Positions 1 to 8,732 of a stretch of DNA of 64,000 bases are shown here, one piece after another. The position numbers were made by a program, and so were the translations under genes. The stretch lies in assembly GCA_964634875.1 (NCBI GenBank), contig CAZWKA010000003.1, positions 85,928 to 149,927 of the forward strand. Direction: 5' to 3'. Each line of letters opens with the position of its first letter. The first letter of the stretch is position 1. The notes beneath the pieces are model-generated. The model ran no database searches, was not told where the DNA came from, and saw nothing but the letters and a program-made list of their open reading frames with translations. Origin of the DNA: an uncultured Gammaproteobacteria bacterium. GTDB taxonomy: Bacteria > Patescibacteriota > Patescibacteriia > Magasanikbacterales > GWA2-37-8.

Positions 1-19
1 TCGGCCAATATAAGCGGGT

Positions 20-898
20 ATGAAGACGGATTTGGCCCTAATTAAGGAAGAGCTGCAGCGTCGTTTTTCCGAGACCTCTACTAAAAGTAGGTGGGAATTT
101 TTGGTACGTACGCAAAACTATTTTAATTTTATTAGTACTGTACCAGCCTTAAAATCTATTATTGAAAACGAGGAGAAAAATTTTAGTAAGAAAATTAAGG
201 ACAAGACTTATCGTCATGCACAATTCTTGTTTTCGCCAATATACCGAGACATGCCTAAAATGATCAGTGCGTTACTTGAAGCAGAGTCTCCTGGGGCACA
301 GGTGCTAATTAAACGGACTCGTGTACAGAAAATAATTAAATGGTTTGGATTGGAGGATGGGTCAGATAATAAACAGCTGCCACGATTTTTTCCATTTGTA
401 AAAATTTTCCATAATCAGTTGCTTGATCGGATGGCAGAACAAGAGTTTGGTAGTCAAGAGAATGTCCCCGTCTCAGAAGCGATCAAAAAATTGAATATTA
501 GTTCCGCAACCAAGTGGGAGGATTTAGAGCTATCTTTTAGGAATGGATTTGAAGTGATTGTTAAATGTAAGGGTGCTGAGTTTGTAGCAAACCATGAGCA
601 AATGGGTTTTGTGGATCAAAGAAAAGGTCTCGCACCAAAAAAGGCCTGGGATTTTTTACAGTTATTATCAGCTAACGAAGGGGTTTATAATTTTCGAGGT
701 GAGACTGAGGATAGAATAAAGAAGGTAAGAAAACGTAAACAAGAACTCGTTGCTGCGTTGCAAGAATTTTTTCAAATTAAGGATGATCCGTTTGAGTCCA
801 TAAGAAAGGGGGATAGGACTTATAAATTGAGGTTTGCTTTACGTCCTGAGCCTGATATGAGAGAGGATTACCGTGATAAAGATCTCTTTGACGAATAA
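20..898 (+). CDS. Hypothetical protein (cargo of the integrated element)
   Basis: 292 aa ORF followed by a hairpin and T-tract terminator. No recognisable motifs. Confidence 0.5.
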   Translation: MKTDLALIKEELQRRFSETSTKSRWEFLVRTQNYFNFISTVPALKSIIENEEKNFSKKIKDKTYRHAQFLFSPIYRDMPKMISALLEAESPGAQVLIKRTRVQKIIKWFGLEDGSDNKQLPRFFPFVKIFHNQLLDRMAEQEFGSQENVPVSEAIKKLNISSATKWEDLELSFRNGFEVIVKCKGAEFVANHEQMGFVDQRKGLAPKKAWDFLQLLSANEGVYNFRGETEDRIKKVRKRKQELVAALQEFFQIKDDPFESIRKGDRTYKLRFALRPEPDMREDYRDKDLFDE

Positions 899-900
899 CT

Positions 901-928
901 GAGCGAGAATTTTCTCGTTCTTTTTTTA
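901..928 (+). terminator. Rho-independent terminator
   Basis: GAGCGAGAA-TTTTC-TCGTTC stem-loop followed by TTTTTTT. Confidence 0.5.
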
Positions 929-1350
929 ATACTTTTCTTTTTAGTAAGCCGCTTAATAAGCAGCTTTTTTTGTTTTAAGCGAAATTTCGTCCATAGAGGT
1001 TATAAATCAACCTCTTTATGACCTCCTTCAGCCCCGAACTTATTTTACGTCTGCAAAAGCATCTTTGGAATCGCTATGGCATTCCTATTGCCAATGACAA
1101 GGCGGTCGATCAGCTCTACGTTCTCGGTGATTTCTTTTTGTCGTTTGCAAATACAACCAGTAAACCCGTTGACGCCGGCTGCGCTGGCGGTAACGGTCTG
1201 CCGTCATCAAAGGCACCAACTCATCCGCCTTAAAGGATCAAGCATTGGCCGCGTAGCGGAGCATACAAAGCGCGGCCATTTCATCGCCGCCGCAGCGGCG
1301 ACACCGCTGGCAGTTATTTATATTTAACACACACTTAACCCGACAATTTT

Positions 1351-2151
1351 ATGCCTATCACTGATCAAAAATTGGTAATTTCTGGGAATATAGTCGAGCA
1401 TGATTCTTATCGGATTAGCACTTTTTACGGCACCACTAATAGGAAGAAATCTAAAGGTCATAAAACAGGTCTGTCTACTTCTCGTGAAAATGAGTTGAAA
1501 TCGGCTTATCGTGCTAAATCTACTGTTAGGCATCTCGTTAATGCGAATGCCTCTAGGTGGTATAAGCCAGATGGCTCACCCTGTCTTCCTATTTTTATTA
1601 CACTTACGTTTGAAGCTGATGTCCGTGATCTTGCTGTTGCGAATGAGATGTTTACTAGTTTCATTCAAAGGCTCAATTATTATATTGAAGGTGTTAAAAA
1701 GAATATCCTGCGCTATTTAGTTGTTCCTGAGTTTCAGGATGAGAATCGTGGTGGAGTGATACACTATCATGTTCTATTTTTTAACCTTCCGTATATCGTT
1801 ATGGTTTATGATGAAATGCGTAAAATTTGGAGTAAGGGTAATATCAATGTTAAGTCTGTACGTCGTGTTAAAGACCTGGGGAAGTATCTGACAAAGTATA
1901 TGGTCAAGAGTATGCATGACGGAAGGCTGAAAGGTAGGAAGAAGTATTTTACAAGCAAGAGTCTTTTTAAACCGCATGTCTATCGCGACCCAGCCGTAGT
2001 TGGTTTAATTATTACATCATTACCAAAAAATGCTGCTATTTCAACCTTTTCTTGGGAAAACGAGTATAGAGGGACGATTACTAGAACTATTTATAATTTG
2101 AATGAAAGTCCTGAAGCACTTGATAAGTTTAGAGGCTTAGTGGTAGATTAG
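1351..2151 (+). CDS. HUH-superfamily rolling-circle replication initiator (Rep)
   Basis: Three Rep motifs in canonical order: FITLTF (motif I), HYHVLFF (HUH motif II), YLTKYMVK (catalytic Tyr motif III). Confidence 0.7.
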   Translation: MPITDQKLVISGNIVEHDSYRISTFYGTTNRKKSKGHKTGLSTSRENELKSAYRAKSTVRHLVNANASRWYKPDGSPCLPIFITLTFEADVRDLAVANEMFTSFIQRLNYYIEGVKKNILRYLVVPEFQDENRGGVIHYHVLFFNLPYIVMVYDEMRKIWSKGNINVKSVRRVKDLGKYLTKYMVKSMHDGRLKGRKKYFTSKSLFKPHVYRDPAVVGLIITSLPKNAAISTFSWENEYRGTITRTIYNLNESPEALDKFRGLVVD

Positions 2152-2168
2152 CCCCAATTAAAACCATT

Positions 2169-3662
2169 ATGAAATATATTGCTTACGCCCGTAAATCAAC
2201 AGAATCTGACGATCGACAGGTTTTATCCATTGAATCGCAGTTTAATGAAGTGAAGCGCCTTGTAGAGCGTGATGGTATTATTTTAGATGAAGTATTCTCC
2301 GAGAATAAATCGGCTAAAGCTCCTGGGCGTCCAGAATTTCAGAAAATGCTTAAATTCATCCAGAAAAATAAATGCACTATTTACGCTTGGAAGCTTGATC
2401 GACTTGCCAGAAACCCAAAGGATGGGGGAGAGCTGTTATGGCAAATGGATGAGGGTCAACTTTATGAGATAAGAACATTTGATCGATCGTACTCCAATAA
2501 GGCGGATGAAAAGTTCATGATGAATCTAGAGTTTGGAATGGCTAAAAAATATGTCGATGATCTGAGTGTTAATGTTCGCCGTGGTTTTCGTGCCAAGCTT
2601 GAGCGCGGTGAGTGGCCATATATGCCTCCGTTCGGGTATTCTTTTGATCCTGCTTCCCACTTGGTTGTTCTTAATTCTCAACAGGGTCAATTTATTACTG
2701 AAATGTTTAGATTGTATGCTTCTGGTAGTTATGGTATCCGCGAGCTTTCGCAAATCATGTACGAAAAAGGTCTGCGTAATAAAAGAGGTACACAGCTTGG
2801 TAAAACTCGTATTCACTGTATTCTATCAAATCCTTTTTATTATGGAATGATGGTAAAGGATGGGGTGCATTATCCTGGTAAGCATGAAGTTTTAATAACT
2901 AAGGAAATTTTTGATCAAGTACAGGAAGTTATAGGTGGTCGCTATAAAGCTCGGCCAAAAAAACAATTCTTTACGCACCGTGGATTTATGAATTGTCATG
3001 TTTGCGGTTGTGCGCTGACAGCTACGCTTAAAAAAGGACATGCTTACTACTATTGTACCAATGGTAAAAACATTTGCGACCAGCATAAGAAATATCTACG
3101 TTCTGAAGTGGTTGATGGAATGATGGGTGATATTTTGGGGCAGGTACAGTTTGATGAAGAAATGGTTGAAATTATGTACTTGGCAGCCAAAGAGAAGATT
3201 GGACTTAATGAAGAGTATGCCTTCTCCGCTATTCAGAACCTTAAAAAACAGCTTGATTTGACCCTTAGGAAGCAGGAGAGGCTTGTGAACAGCTATTTGG
3301 ACGGTTCAACCCCTGAAACAGTCTATAAGCCCCTTGTGCAATCTTTAGGTAATGAAATTGTTGCAACTCGGCAGCAGATCAAAAAAATGGAAGAAAAACA
3401 AACAGGGGAGACTAATACTTTGGAACTTACTAAAGAGTACTTTTTAACCGCAAGCAGAGCGAAAAAAGAATTTTTGAGTAAGGATGATGTGGGAAAACGA
3501 ACTATAGTAGAAAAACTACTTTGGAACCTTACGATTGAAAATAAAATTTTGGCTACGTATAAACTAAAAGAGCCCTTCCAATATATGGTAGGGGCTCCTC
3601 AGTTTCGAGATATTTCCGCTTGGCGGGTCGGACGGGACTCGAACCCGCAACTTCTGCCGTGA
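2169..3662 (+). CDS. Large serine recombinase (integrase)
   Basis: N-terminal resolvase catalytic motif YARKSTESDDRQVLSIESQ. Recombinase domain. Cys-rich zinc ribbon CHVCGC...YYYCTNGKNIC. C-terminal coiled-coil. The 3' end overlaps the tRNA-Asp 3' end. Confidence 0.85.
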   Translation: MKYIAYARKSTESDDRQVLSIESQFNEVKRLVERDGIILDEVFSENKSAKAPGRPEFQKMLKFIQKNKCTIYAWKLDRLARNPKDGGELLWQMDEGQLYEIRTFDRSYSNKADEKFMMNLEFGMAKKYVDDLSVNVRRGFRAKLERGEWPYMPPFGYSFDPASHLVVLNSQQGQFITEMFRLYASGSYGIRELSQIMYEKGLRNKRGTQLGKTRIHCILSNPFYYGMMVKDGVHYPGKHEVLITKEIFDQVQEVIGGRYKARPKKQFFTHRGFMNCHVCGCALTATLKKGHAYYYCTNGKNICDQHKKYLRSEVVDGMMGDILGQVQFDEEMVEIMYLAAKEKIGLNEEYAFSAIQNLKKQLDLTLRKQERLVNSYLDGSTPETVYKPLVQSLGNEIVATRQQIKKMEEKQTGETNTLELTKEYFLTASRAKKEFLSKDDVGKRTIVEKLLWNLTIENKILATYKLKEPFQYMVGAPQFRDISAWRVGRDSNPQLLP

Positions 3663-3696
3663 CAGGGCAGTGCTCTAACCATTGAACTACCGACCC
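3621..3696 (-). tRNA. tRNA-Asp (anticodon GTC), CCA encoded
   Basis: The reverse complement folds as a cloverleaf. Acceptor GGGTCGG/CCGACCC, anticodon stem CTGCC/GGCAG with loop CTGTCAC, T-loop TTCGAGT, discriminator G plus CCA. Confidence 0.85.
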
Positions 3697-3711
3697 AGGT
3701 TTAACGTTATG

Positions 3712-3740
3712 ATTATAGAGGTTTGGTTATATTCTGTCAA
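3712..3740 (-). promoter_or_regulatory. Consensus sigma70 promoter for tRNA-Asp
   Basis: Minus strand reads TTGACA, 17 nt spacer, TATAAT, ending 15 nt upstream of the tRNA 5' end. Confidence 0.6.
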
Positions 3741-3966
3741 TTGTTTGTGGGGTGTATAAAATTGTTGTCCCCGCCTGTGCGGGAATGACGCAATGTACCC
3801 GTGGTATTTGGAATAATATAAAAGGCCCTTGAAGTGTTCGGTAATAGGTAAGAGTAAAGGAGGGGGTACTCAATACCAGATTACCAAACACATTTCAGGG
3901 CCTTTTAGCTTGTTTATACTAGCAGCCAGTGTCTTTCCTGTCAATGATTGCAATGTGGATAATGGC

Positions 3967-4311
3967 TTATTTTGCTGCCGCAACGACTTTTTCAAAGATG
4001 CCTTTGTGTTTTGCAGCGAGTGCAGACAAGATTTTGCGGTCAAGCGCAATATTGTGCTTTTTGAGCGCACCCATAAGTTCGCTGTAGGTTACGCCTAACT
4101 GGCGGGCAGCAGCATTGATCTTGATTTGCCACAGCGATCGATTCGTGCGTTTTTTCATTTTACGCGAGTCAAAGGCGTACTGCTCAGCCTTTTTGGCAGC
4201 AGTGCGGGCAAGTTTGAGTTTTGATTTGCGGCCCCAGCGGTAACCTTTGGTCAATTTCAGGATGCTTTTGCGGCGTTTGGCGTGGATGAGACCACCTTTA
4301 ATACGGGTCAT
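3967..4311 (-). CDS. rplT: 50S ribosomal protein L20
   Basis: MTRIKGG...KRRK... is typical L20. It is the last gene of the infC-rpmI-rplT operon. Confidence 0.9.
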   Translation of the reverse strand: MTRIKGGLIHAKRRKSILKLTKGYRWGRKSKLKLARTAAKKAEQYAFDSRKMKKRTNRSLWQIKINAAARQLGVTYSELMGALKKHNIALDRKILSALAAKHKGIFEKVVAAAK

Positions 4312-4320
4312 AGCGGTACT

Positions 4321-4515
4321 TTAGTTCGGTAAATTAATTTGCATGATGCGATTGAGGGTAGTGCTCATGATCACGTCTGATTTTTTGTTGCGGCCGGTGT
4401 TGCCGTTTTCACGACCGTTGAAATGGTTTTGGCCGGCAGCGCGTTTTTCGATTTTACCTGTCTTCGTGACTTTATAGCGTTTGCTTGTCGCTTTGTGCGT
4501 TTTCAGTTTAGGCAT
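4321..4515 (-). CDS. rpmI: 50S ribosomal protein L35
   Basis: MPKLKTHKATSKRYKVT matches the L35 N-terminal signature. Sits between infC and rplT. Confidence 0.85.
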   Translation of the reverse strand: MPKLKTHKATSKRYKVTKTGKIEKRAAGQNHFNGRENGNTGRNKKSDVIMSTTLNRIMQINLPN

Positions 4516-4582
4516 ATTCATTAAAACATTAAAGCATTAAAACATGAAAACAAGTGTTTCGATGTCCTAAGGCCTGTATGGT

Positions 4583-5128
4583 TTAAGCTTTGGCAATAAT
4601 GGCGGTTACTTTGTTGCCTTGTTTTTCGGTAGGTTGTTCGACTCGGGTAGCAACTTCTTTGTTGACGCTTTCAATGAATTTTTTGACATTATCGAAAGCC
4701 AATGCAGATTGTTGCATTTCGCGACCACGCAAGATGATTTCAATTTTGACTTTGTCGCCGTTATTCAAAAATTTAAGCGTCTGGAGGCGACGGATTTCCA
4801 TGTCGTGGGTTCCGATACGCAGTGACAGGCGGATACCCTTAATTTCCACCACGTGCTGGTGGGCTTTCCGGATACGCTGCTCTTTTTCTTGGGTGTAGCG
4901 GAATTGACCAAAGTCAATGATGCGGGCAACTGGTGGATCGGATTTCGGGTTGATCTCTACTAAATCTAATTCCTTTTCACGCGCCAAGCGGACTCCTTCG
5001 GCGGTAGTCATAACGCCGAGGTTGGAGCCGTCAGTATCAAGAACCAAAAGTTTAGGGGCCTGAATGCCCTCGTTGAACTGGTAGATCTTTTTTGGTTCTT
5101 CTTTTTTTCCGCGACGGGAAATGCGCAT
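4583..5128 (-). CDS. infC: Translation initiation factor IF-3
   Basis: Correct IF3 length and conserved operon position. The C-terminal domain sequence is IF3-like. Confidence 0.85.
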   Translation of the reverse strand: MRISRRGKKEEPKKIYQFNEGIQAPKLLVLDTDGSNLGVMTTAEGVRLAREKELDLVEINPKSDPPVARIIDFGQFRYTQEKEQRIRKAHQHVVEIKGIRLSLRIGTHDMEIRRLQTLKFLNNGDKVKIEIILRGREMQQSALAFDNVKKFIESVNKEVATRVEQPTEKQGNKVTAIIAKA

Positions 5129-5226
5129 AAAAGTTTAAAGTGTAAAGCAAAAAGTATAAAATAGTTGTGTCGCCTTGGCGACCCGGTCATTTTTAGCTTT
5201 TAGCTTTTAATTTTTCGTTTGTTCAG

Positions 5227-5619
5227 TGGAAGTGGCGAGAGTTGAACTCGCGTCCAAAAACACGGGGCTAGAGCGTCTACGGTATGTAGTCCTCTTGTTG
5301 GTGTCCTGTCTACCTGAAAAGAGAACCAAAAGGCAAACAGTAAGCCGAAATCAATTTCACGTTTTTATCCAATCAGCGGTGGTAAAAACGCTACTCCTGG
5401 TGTTTTTACACCAGAACAAAGTTACCAGGTGTGGCCTTGTCTGATGGGCACGGCCGTTAGGCCATTGCCGGCGCAAAGGTGCTGAAAGCGTTAGCTAGAG
5501 CAGATTTGGCTTTGGAGAATAAGTTGGCACTTATTGAGTTGCCCCAACTATTAACGAGACCTGAGGCCGTCTCGATACGCGACTCTATCAGCTTGTCTCT
5601 GTCGAAACCCAGCACTCCC
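5227..5619 (-). ncRNA. ssrA: tmRNA (SsrA)
   Basis: Minus-strand 3' end GGACGCGAGTTCAACTCTCGCCACTTCCA is near-identical to the E. coli tmRNA 3' tRNA-like end. The 5' end GGGAGTGCTGGGTTTCGACAG resembles the E. coli 5' GGGGCUGAUUCUGGAUUCGACGG. The acceptor pairs GGGAGTG/CACTTCC. Located directly downstream of smpB. Confidence 0.7.
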
Positions 5620-5620
5620 T

Positions 5621-6112
5621 TTAGAGTTCTTTGATTTGGCGTTTTGACTCCCGATCAATGTCTCGGTTTTTAAGCGACTCACGTTTGTCGTAGGTATGTT
5701 TACCTTTGGCAACTGCGAGTTCGACTTTGATAAGGCGACTTTTAGTATACACGCTTAAAGGGATGATTGTCAAGCCTTTTTCGAGTGCCTTGGTGCGTAA
5801 ATACTCAATTTCTTTGCGGTGGAGCAAGAGGCGACGGCTGTGGGTGGGGTCGTAGTCTTTTTGGGGTCCAGCTTGAAGGTAGGGTGGGACGTGGGCGTTC
5901 GTAAGGTACGCTTCATTATTATGGAAGCTGACAAAAGCCTCTTTGAGGCTGATATGGCCGGATTTGATTGATTTTACTTCGCCGCCGGTTAATAACAAAC
6001 CGGCCTCGATTTTTTCGAGGATTTCATAGTTAAAATGGGCTTTTTTATTATCGGCTAGGGTAGGCATAGGGGATAATTGGCTCACTTTAGCATTATTTTG
6101 GTTAAAAAGCAA
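5621..6112 (-). CDS. smpB: SsrA-binding protein SmpB
   Basis: 163 aa. Basic C-terminal tail. SmpB-like core. Adjacent to tmRNA. Confidence 0.85.
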   Translation of the reverse strand: MLFNQNNAKVSQLSPMPTLADNKKAHFNYEILEKIEAGLLLTGGEVKSIKSGHISLKEAFVSFHNNEAYLTNAHVPPYLQAGPQKDYDPTHSRRLLLHRKEIEYLRTKALEKGLTIIPLSVYTKSRLIKVELAVAKGKHTYDKRESLKNRDIDRESKRQIKEL

Positions 6113-6199
6113 ACTTAGATTTTAAGGCACTATCTTGACAAAAGATGGTTTTTATGCAAGCCTTATGCTACTGCGCTTGAAGCAGTTCGGGAGGAAGCG

Positions 6200-6664
6200 A
6201 TGCGTGTTCAGAAACTCGTTTTTGTGTTCGGTCTATTGGCCGGTTGTGCCGGTGGTCCGCGGGCCTTTGAATCGAGTCCGCCACCCATCCACTACGGCAA
6301 TGTGACCGTATCTTCGGGTGACGGATGCTGGTCTGTCGACCTGCAGGCCGGGGCTACGCCCTATGCCGTGCCTTTGGATGAGAGTGACACACAGACCCTT
6401 GGCTTCGCTCTCCAGCGGACCTGCCCGTCCCCCGCTGACCAGTACTCCGAGGTCGCTGTCACCTTCGTGCCGTCGAGAGCGATTCCTCAGGATGTCGCCT
6501 ACCAACTGACGGGCTGTGGGCGTCAGAAGGCTATGGGTCTGGCCGAGGGTAGTAATCCTCCGCTCCGTAAGATCAGCGATGTCGTTCTCCATGTGCCGAA
6601 CAATATCGACCATCACATCTGTTTCATACATGTGGTGGAGATGCGTATCCCGGCCATCAACTAG
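6200..6664 (+). CDS. GC-rich small lipoprotein (possibly horizontally acquired)
   Basis: Signal peptide with lipobox (LLAGC). Strong SD GGGAGG. The segment is about 60% GC against a roughly 47% background. The antisense ORF 6233-6631 is judged spurious. Confidence 0.45.
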   Translation: MRVQKLVFVFGLLAGCAGGPRAFESSPPPIHYGNVTVSSGDGCWSVDLQAGATPYAVPLDESDTQTLGFALQRTCPSPADQYSEVAVTFVPSRAIPQDVAYQLTGCGRQKAMGLAEGSNPPLRKISDVVLHVPNNIDHHICFIHVVEMRIPAIN

Positions 6665-6851
6665 AACGTCCTTGCTCCAGTGATCCTTGATCTTGGGGCA
6701 ACATGCTACGCTTGCCGAACGCTGTCCGCTTCGGCAAGCCTGACTCCTTAGCGTATTAGGAAATCTAACCTAGTACATTAAGGAGAAAAACAGTTTTCTA
6801 GGACTGTTTTACGCTTCCATTTTTACATCCTTCGAGGTATACTGTTCTCGT

Positions 6852-7646
6852 ATGAAGCAATTTCCGTATCTTTCCTTGCATCCCAAGCTGGCAGTAGCCA
6901 TTGAAGTGGTTTTTGGTTTTGTCTGGCTTACCTTTTTGCCGCAAATTGACGTGTGGTGGAAGTTTGGGGTGTGGATCGGGATACGGCTCTTCTGGTGGAT
7001 GTTACTTATCCGAGTTATCTTTTTTTCAGCTGCCCTAAGCCGTATCAAACACTGGGTTTCACTTGGTTTTTTTCTCGTTGGCTGCAGCGCTTATATTGTT
7101 TTTATTGACCAAGCCCGTGTAGGTCAAGGCGTAGAAGCGGCAGCAGTTTTGTTGCCGGCAATTAGCTTTTTGTTATTGCCGAGTACTGACCAAGAATTAT
7201 CGTTTGCCCTTAAACCAGAGCGCCGATGGCGGTTTTTTATGGTTGTGCTGGGGTTGTCCGGCATTTGGAGTGGAATAATTGGCGGTAAGGCATTTGGTGT
7301 GTACCTTTTTAATATTGGATGGCTAGTAATCGCTGGATCAATTGCGACGTTGGCTATAAGCGCATGGTGGTGGCGAGAGTACGGCTTACCTGTTGGGAAA
7401 CGTTTTTGGCAAAGTTCGGTGGCAATTTTTTTGTTGACACTCGAGACGGCTTGGGCCGTAACTGTTTCACCGCTCGGGTTTTTTGAGGGAGCGCTGGTTA
7501 TTACGTGGCTTTGGTATGTCCTTTGGCTTTTATTCCGCTTCCACCTTTCAGCCGAAGGGGTAGTGTGGCGTAAGCAGTGGTTTTTCTTGGTTTTTAATGC
7601 GCTCGGCATGATCGTTTTCTTGACGCTTGTTGTTCGCTGGAAATAA
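6852..7646 (+). CDS. Integral membrane protein (multi-pass), first gene of the long operon
   Basis: Multiple hydrophobic, Trp-rich helices. TATACT -10 element ending 8 nt upstream suggests a near-leaderless start. Confidence 0.6.
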   Translation: MKQFPYLSLHPKLAVAIEVVFGFVWLTFLPQIDVWWKFGVWIGIRLFWWMLLIRVIFFSAALSRIKHWVSLGFFLVGCSAYIVFIDQARVGQGVEAAAVLLPAISFLLLPSTDQELSFALKPERRWRFFMVVLGLSGIWSGIIGGKAFGVYLFNIGWLVIAGSIATLAISAWWWREYGLPVGKRFWQSSVAIFLLTLETAWAVTVSPLGFFEGALVITWLWYVLWLLFRFHLSAEGVVWRKQWFFLVFNALGMIVFLTLVVRWK

Positions 7647-7655
7647 TTTTATTGT

Positions 7656-8726
7656 ATGTCTTCACTTAATCATTTGCCGCCGCATTTGCCGGCACCAACC
7701 TGTAGTATCGAACAACATGCCCGGCATGAGCGGCTGAAGTTTTTTTTCATTGCTGCTTTTTTTGGAGTCCTGGGTGGTCTCACAGGCGCGTCAATTTTAC
7801 TCGGGTGGATCTGGCCAGGGTATGGCGGGGGAGATACCTGGAGTTTTTCAGCGTACCACGCTGGTGCAGTAGTTAATCCGCTTGAAGGGCGTGTGGCCGA
7901 AGATAGCAGTGACCGGTTGGTTTCTGTCTATAAGGATACTTCAGTGGCTGGCGAAACACGCTATCTGACGGATAAAAATAAAGTTGGCGAGGCCGTCGTC
8001 TTGAGTACTGATGGCTGGCTCGTGATGTACACCCCTTCTTTTGACGGTGTTATTAAAAATTGGCAGGTACTTGATGCTGATGGTCAAGTCTTGCCACTTG
8101 AAAAAACGCTTTTTGACCGCGTTGCTGGACTGCTGTATTTAAAAGTGGTGAGCCAAGACCGGGTGGTGGCATTTGCTGACGTGCCCAAAATTGGTGATGA
8201 TGTTTTTGTTCATGAGAACGGTAGGTGGACCCAGGCAGCGATTGAGTCCACGGATGGTTCACTTTTTGAGCTGAGTCATCTCGACAGTGCGCCGACAACG
8301 GCCTATGTGGTTACGCGTTCGTTTGAAGCTGGTGCGCCTGTTTTTTCACGCCAAGGCCGGTTGGTTGGTTTTATCGCCAAAAATAACCTTATTTTACCGG
8401 TTGAATCTTTTGCCCCAATCGTAACTTCGGTCCTCAGTGGGCAAGGGGTTCGTTATCCTTCATTTGGTGTGGAGGGTTTATTTGATGAAGATGAGCCAAT
8501 CATTATTTCTGGCAAACGCGTTTCTGGTTTTTTGGTGCAAAAGGTACTTGTAAAAAATAGTCTGTTGAAGCGTGGAGATGTTATTCTAGAGGTGAATGGT
8601 CAGATTGTAACCAAACCAATTTTGTGGCATACTATGTATAGCAACAAAGAAGTACGAGCGGTAGTTCTGCGTGCTGGAACCAAGATTCCGCTTGTCCTAA
8701 ATTTTCTACCTATTTCTAATCCTTAG
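7656..8726 (+). CDS. Membrane-anchored trypsin-like/PDZ protein, probably a catalytically inactive HtrA-like pseudo-protease
   Basis: N-terminal TM helix. HtrA-like core in which GNSGGPL is replaced by EAGAPVF and no catalytic His is present. C-terminal PDZ-like segment (GFLVQKV...GDVILEVNGQ). Confidence 0.5.
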   Translation: MSSLNHLPPHLPAPTCSIEQHARHERLKFFFIAAFFGVLGGLTGASILLGWIWPGYGGGDTWSFSAYHAGAVVNPLEGRVAEDSSDRLVSVYKDTSVAGETRYLTDKNKVGEAVVLSTDGWLVMYTPSFDGVIKNWQVLDADGQVLPLEKTLFDRVAGLLYLKVVSQDRVVAFADVPKIGDDVFVHENGRWTQAAIESTDGSLFELSHLDSAPTTAYVVTRSFEAGAPVFSRQGRLVGFIAKNNLILPVESFAPIVTSVLSGQGVRYPSFGVEGLFDEDEPIIISGKRVSGFLVQKVLVKNSLLKRGDVILEVNGQIVTKPILWHTMYSNKEVRAVVLRAGTKIPLVLNFLPISNP

Positions 8727-8732
8727 TAATGT

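Larger units (their letters stand above)
1..3696. mobile_element. Right end of an integrated element (Rep + serine integrase) at tRNA-Asp. The left boundary lies beyond the window start.
   Basis: Three co-directional genes (hypothetical, HUH Rep, large serine recombinase) end exactly in the 3' half of tRNA-Asp. Integrase next to a tRNA is the classic integrative-element layout. Confidence 0.55.

Noticed and set aside
1018-1327. Small ORFs (71-83 aa) between the hypothetical gene and Rep
   Set aside because: No SD, and both frames overlap. The region is more plausibly the replicon origin or non-coding. A GCAGCGG...CCGCTG imperfect inverted repeat is present but was not called.
6233-6631. 132-aa minus-strand ORF opposite the GC-rich lipoprotein gene
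   Set aside because: The plus-strand ORF has a strong SD and a lipoprotein signal. The antisense frame is a GC artefact.
7124-7609. 161-aa minus-strand ORF inside the membrane-protein gene
   Set aside because: Basic, low-complexity translation fully embedded in a well-supported TM-protein gene.
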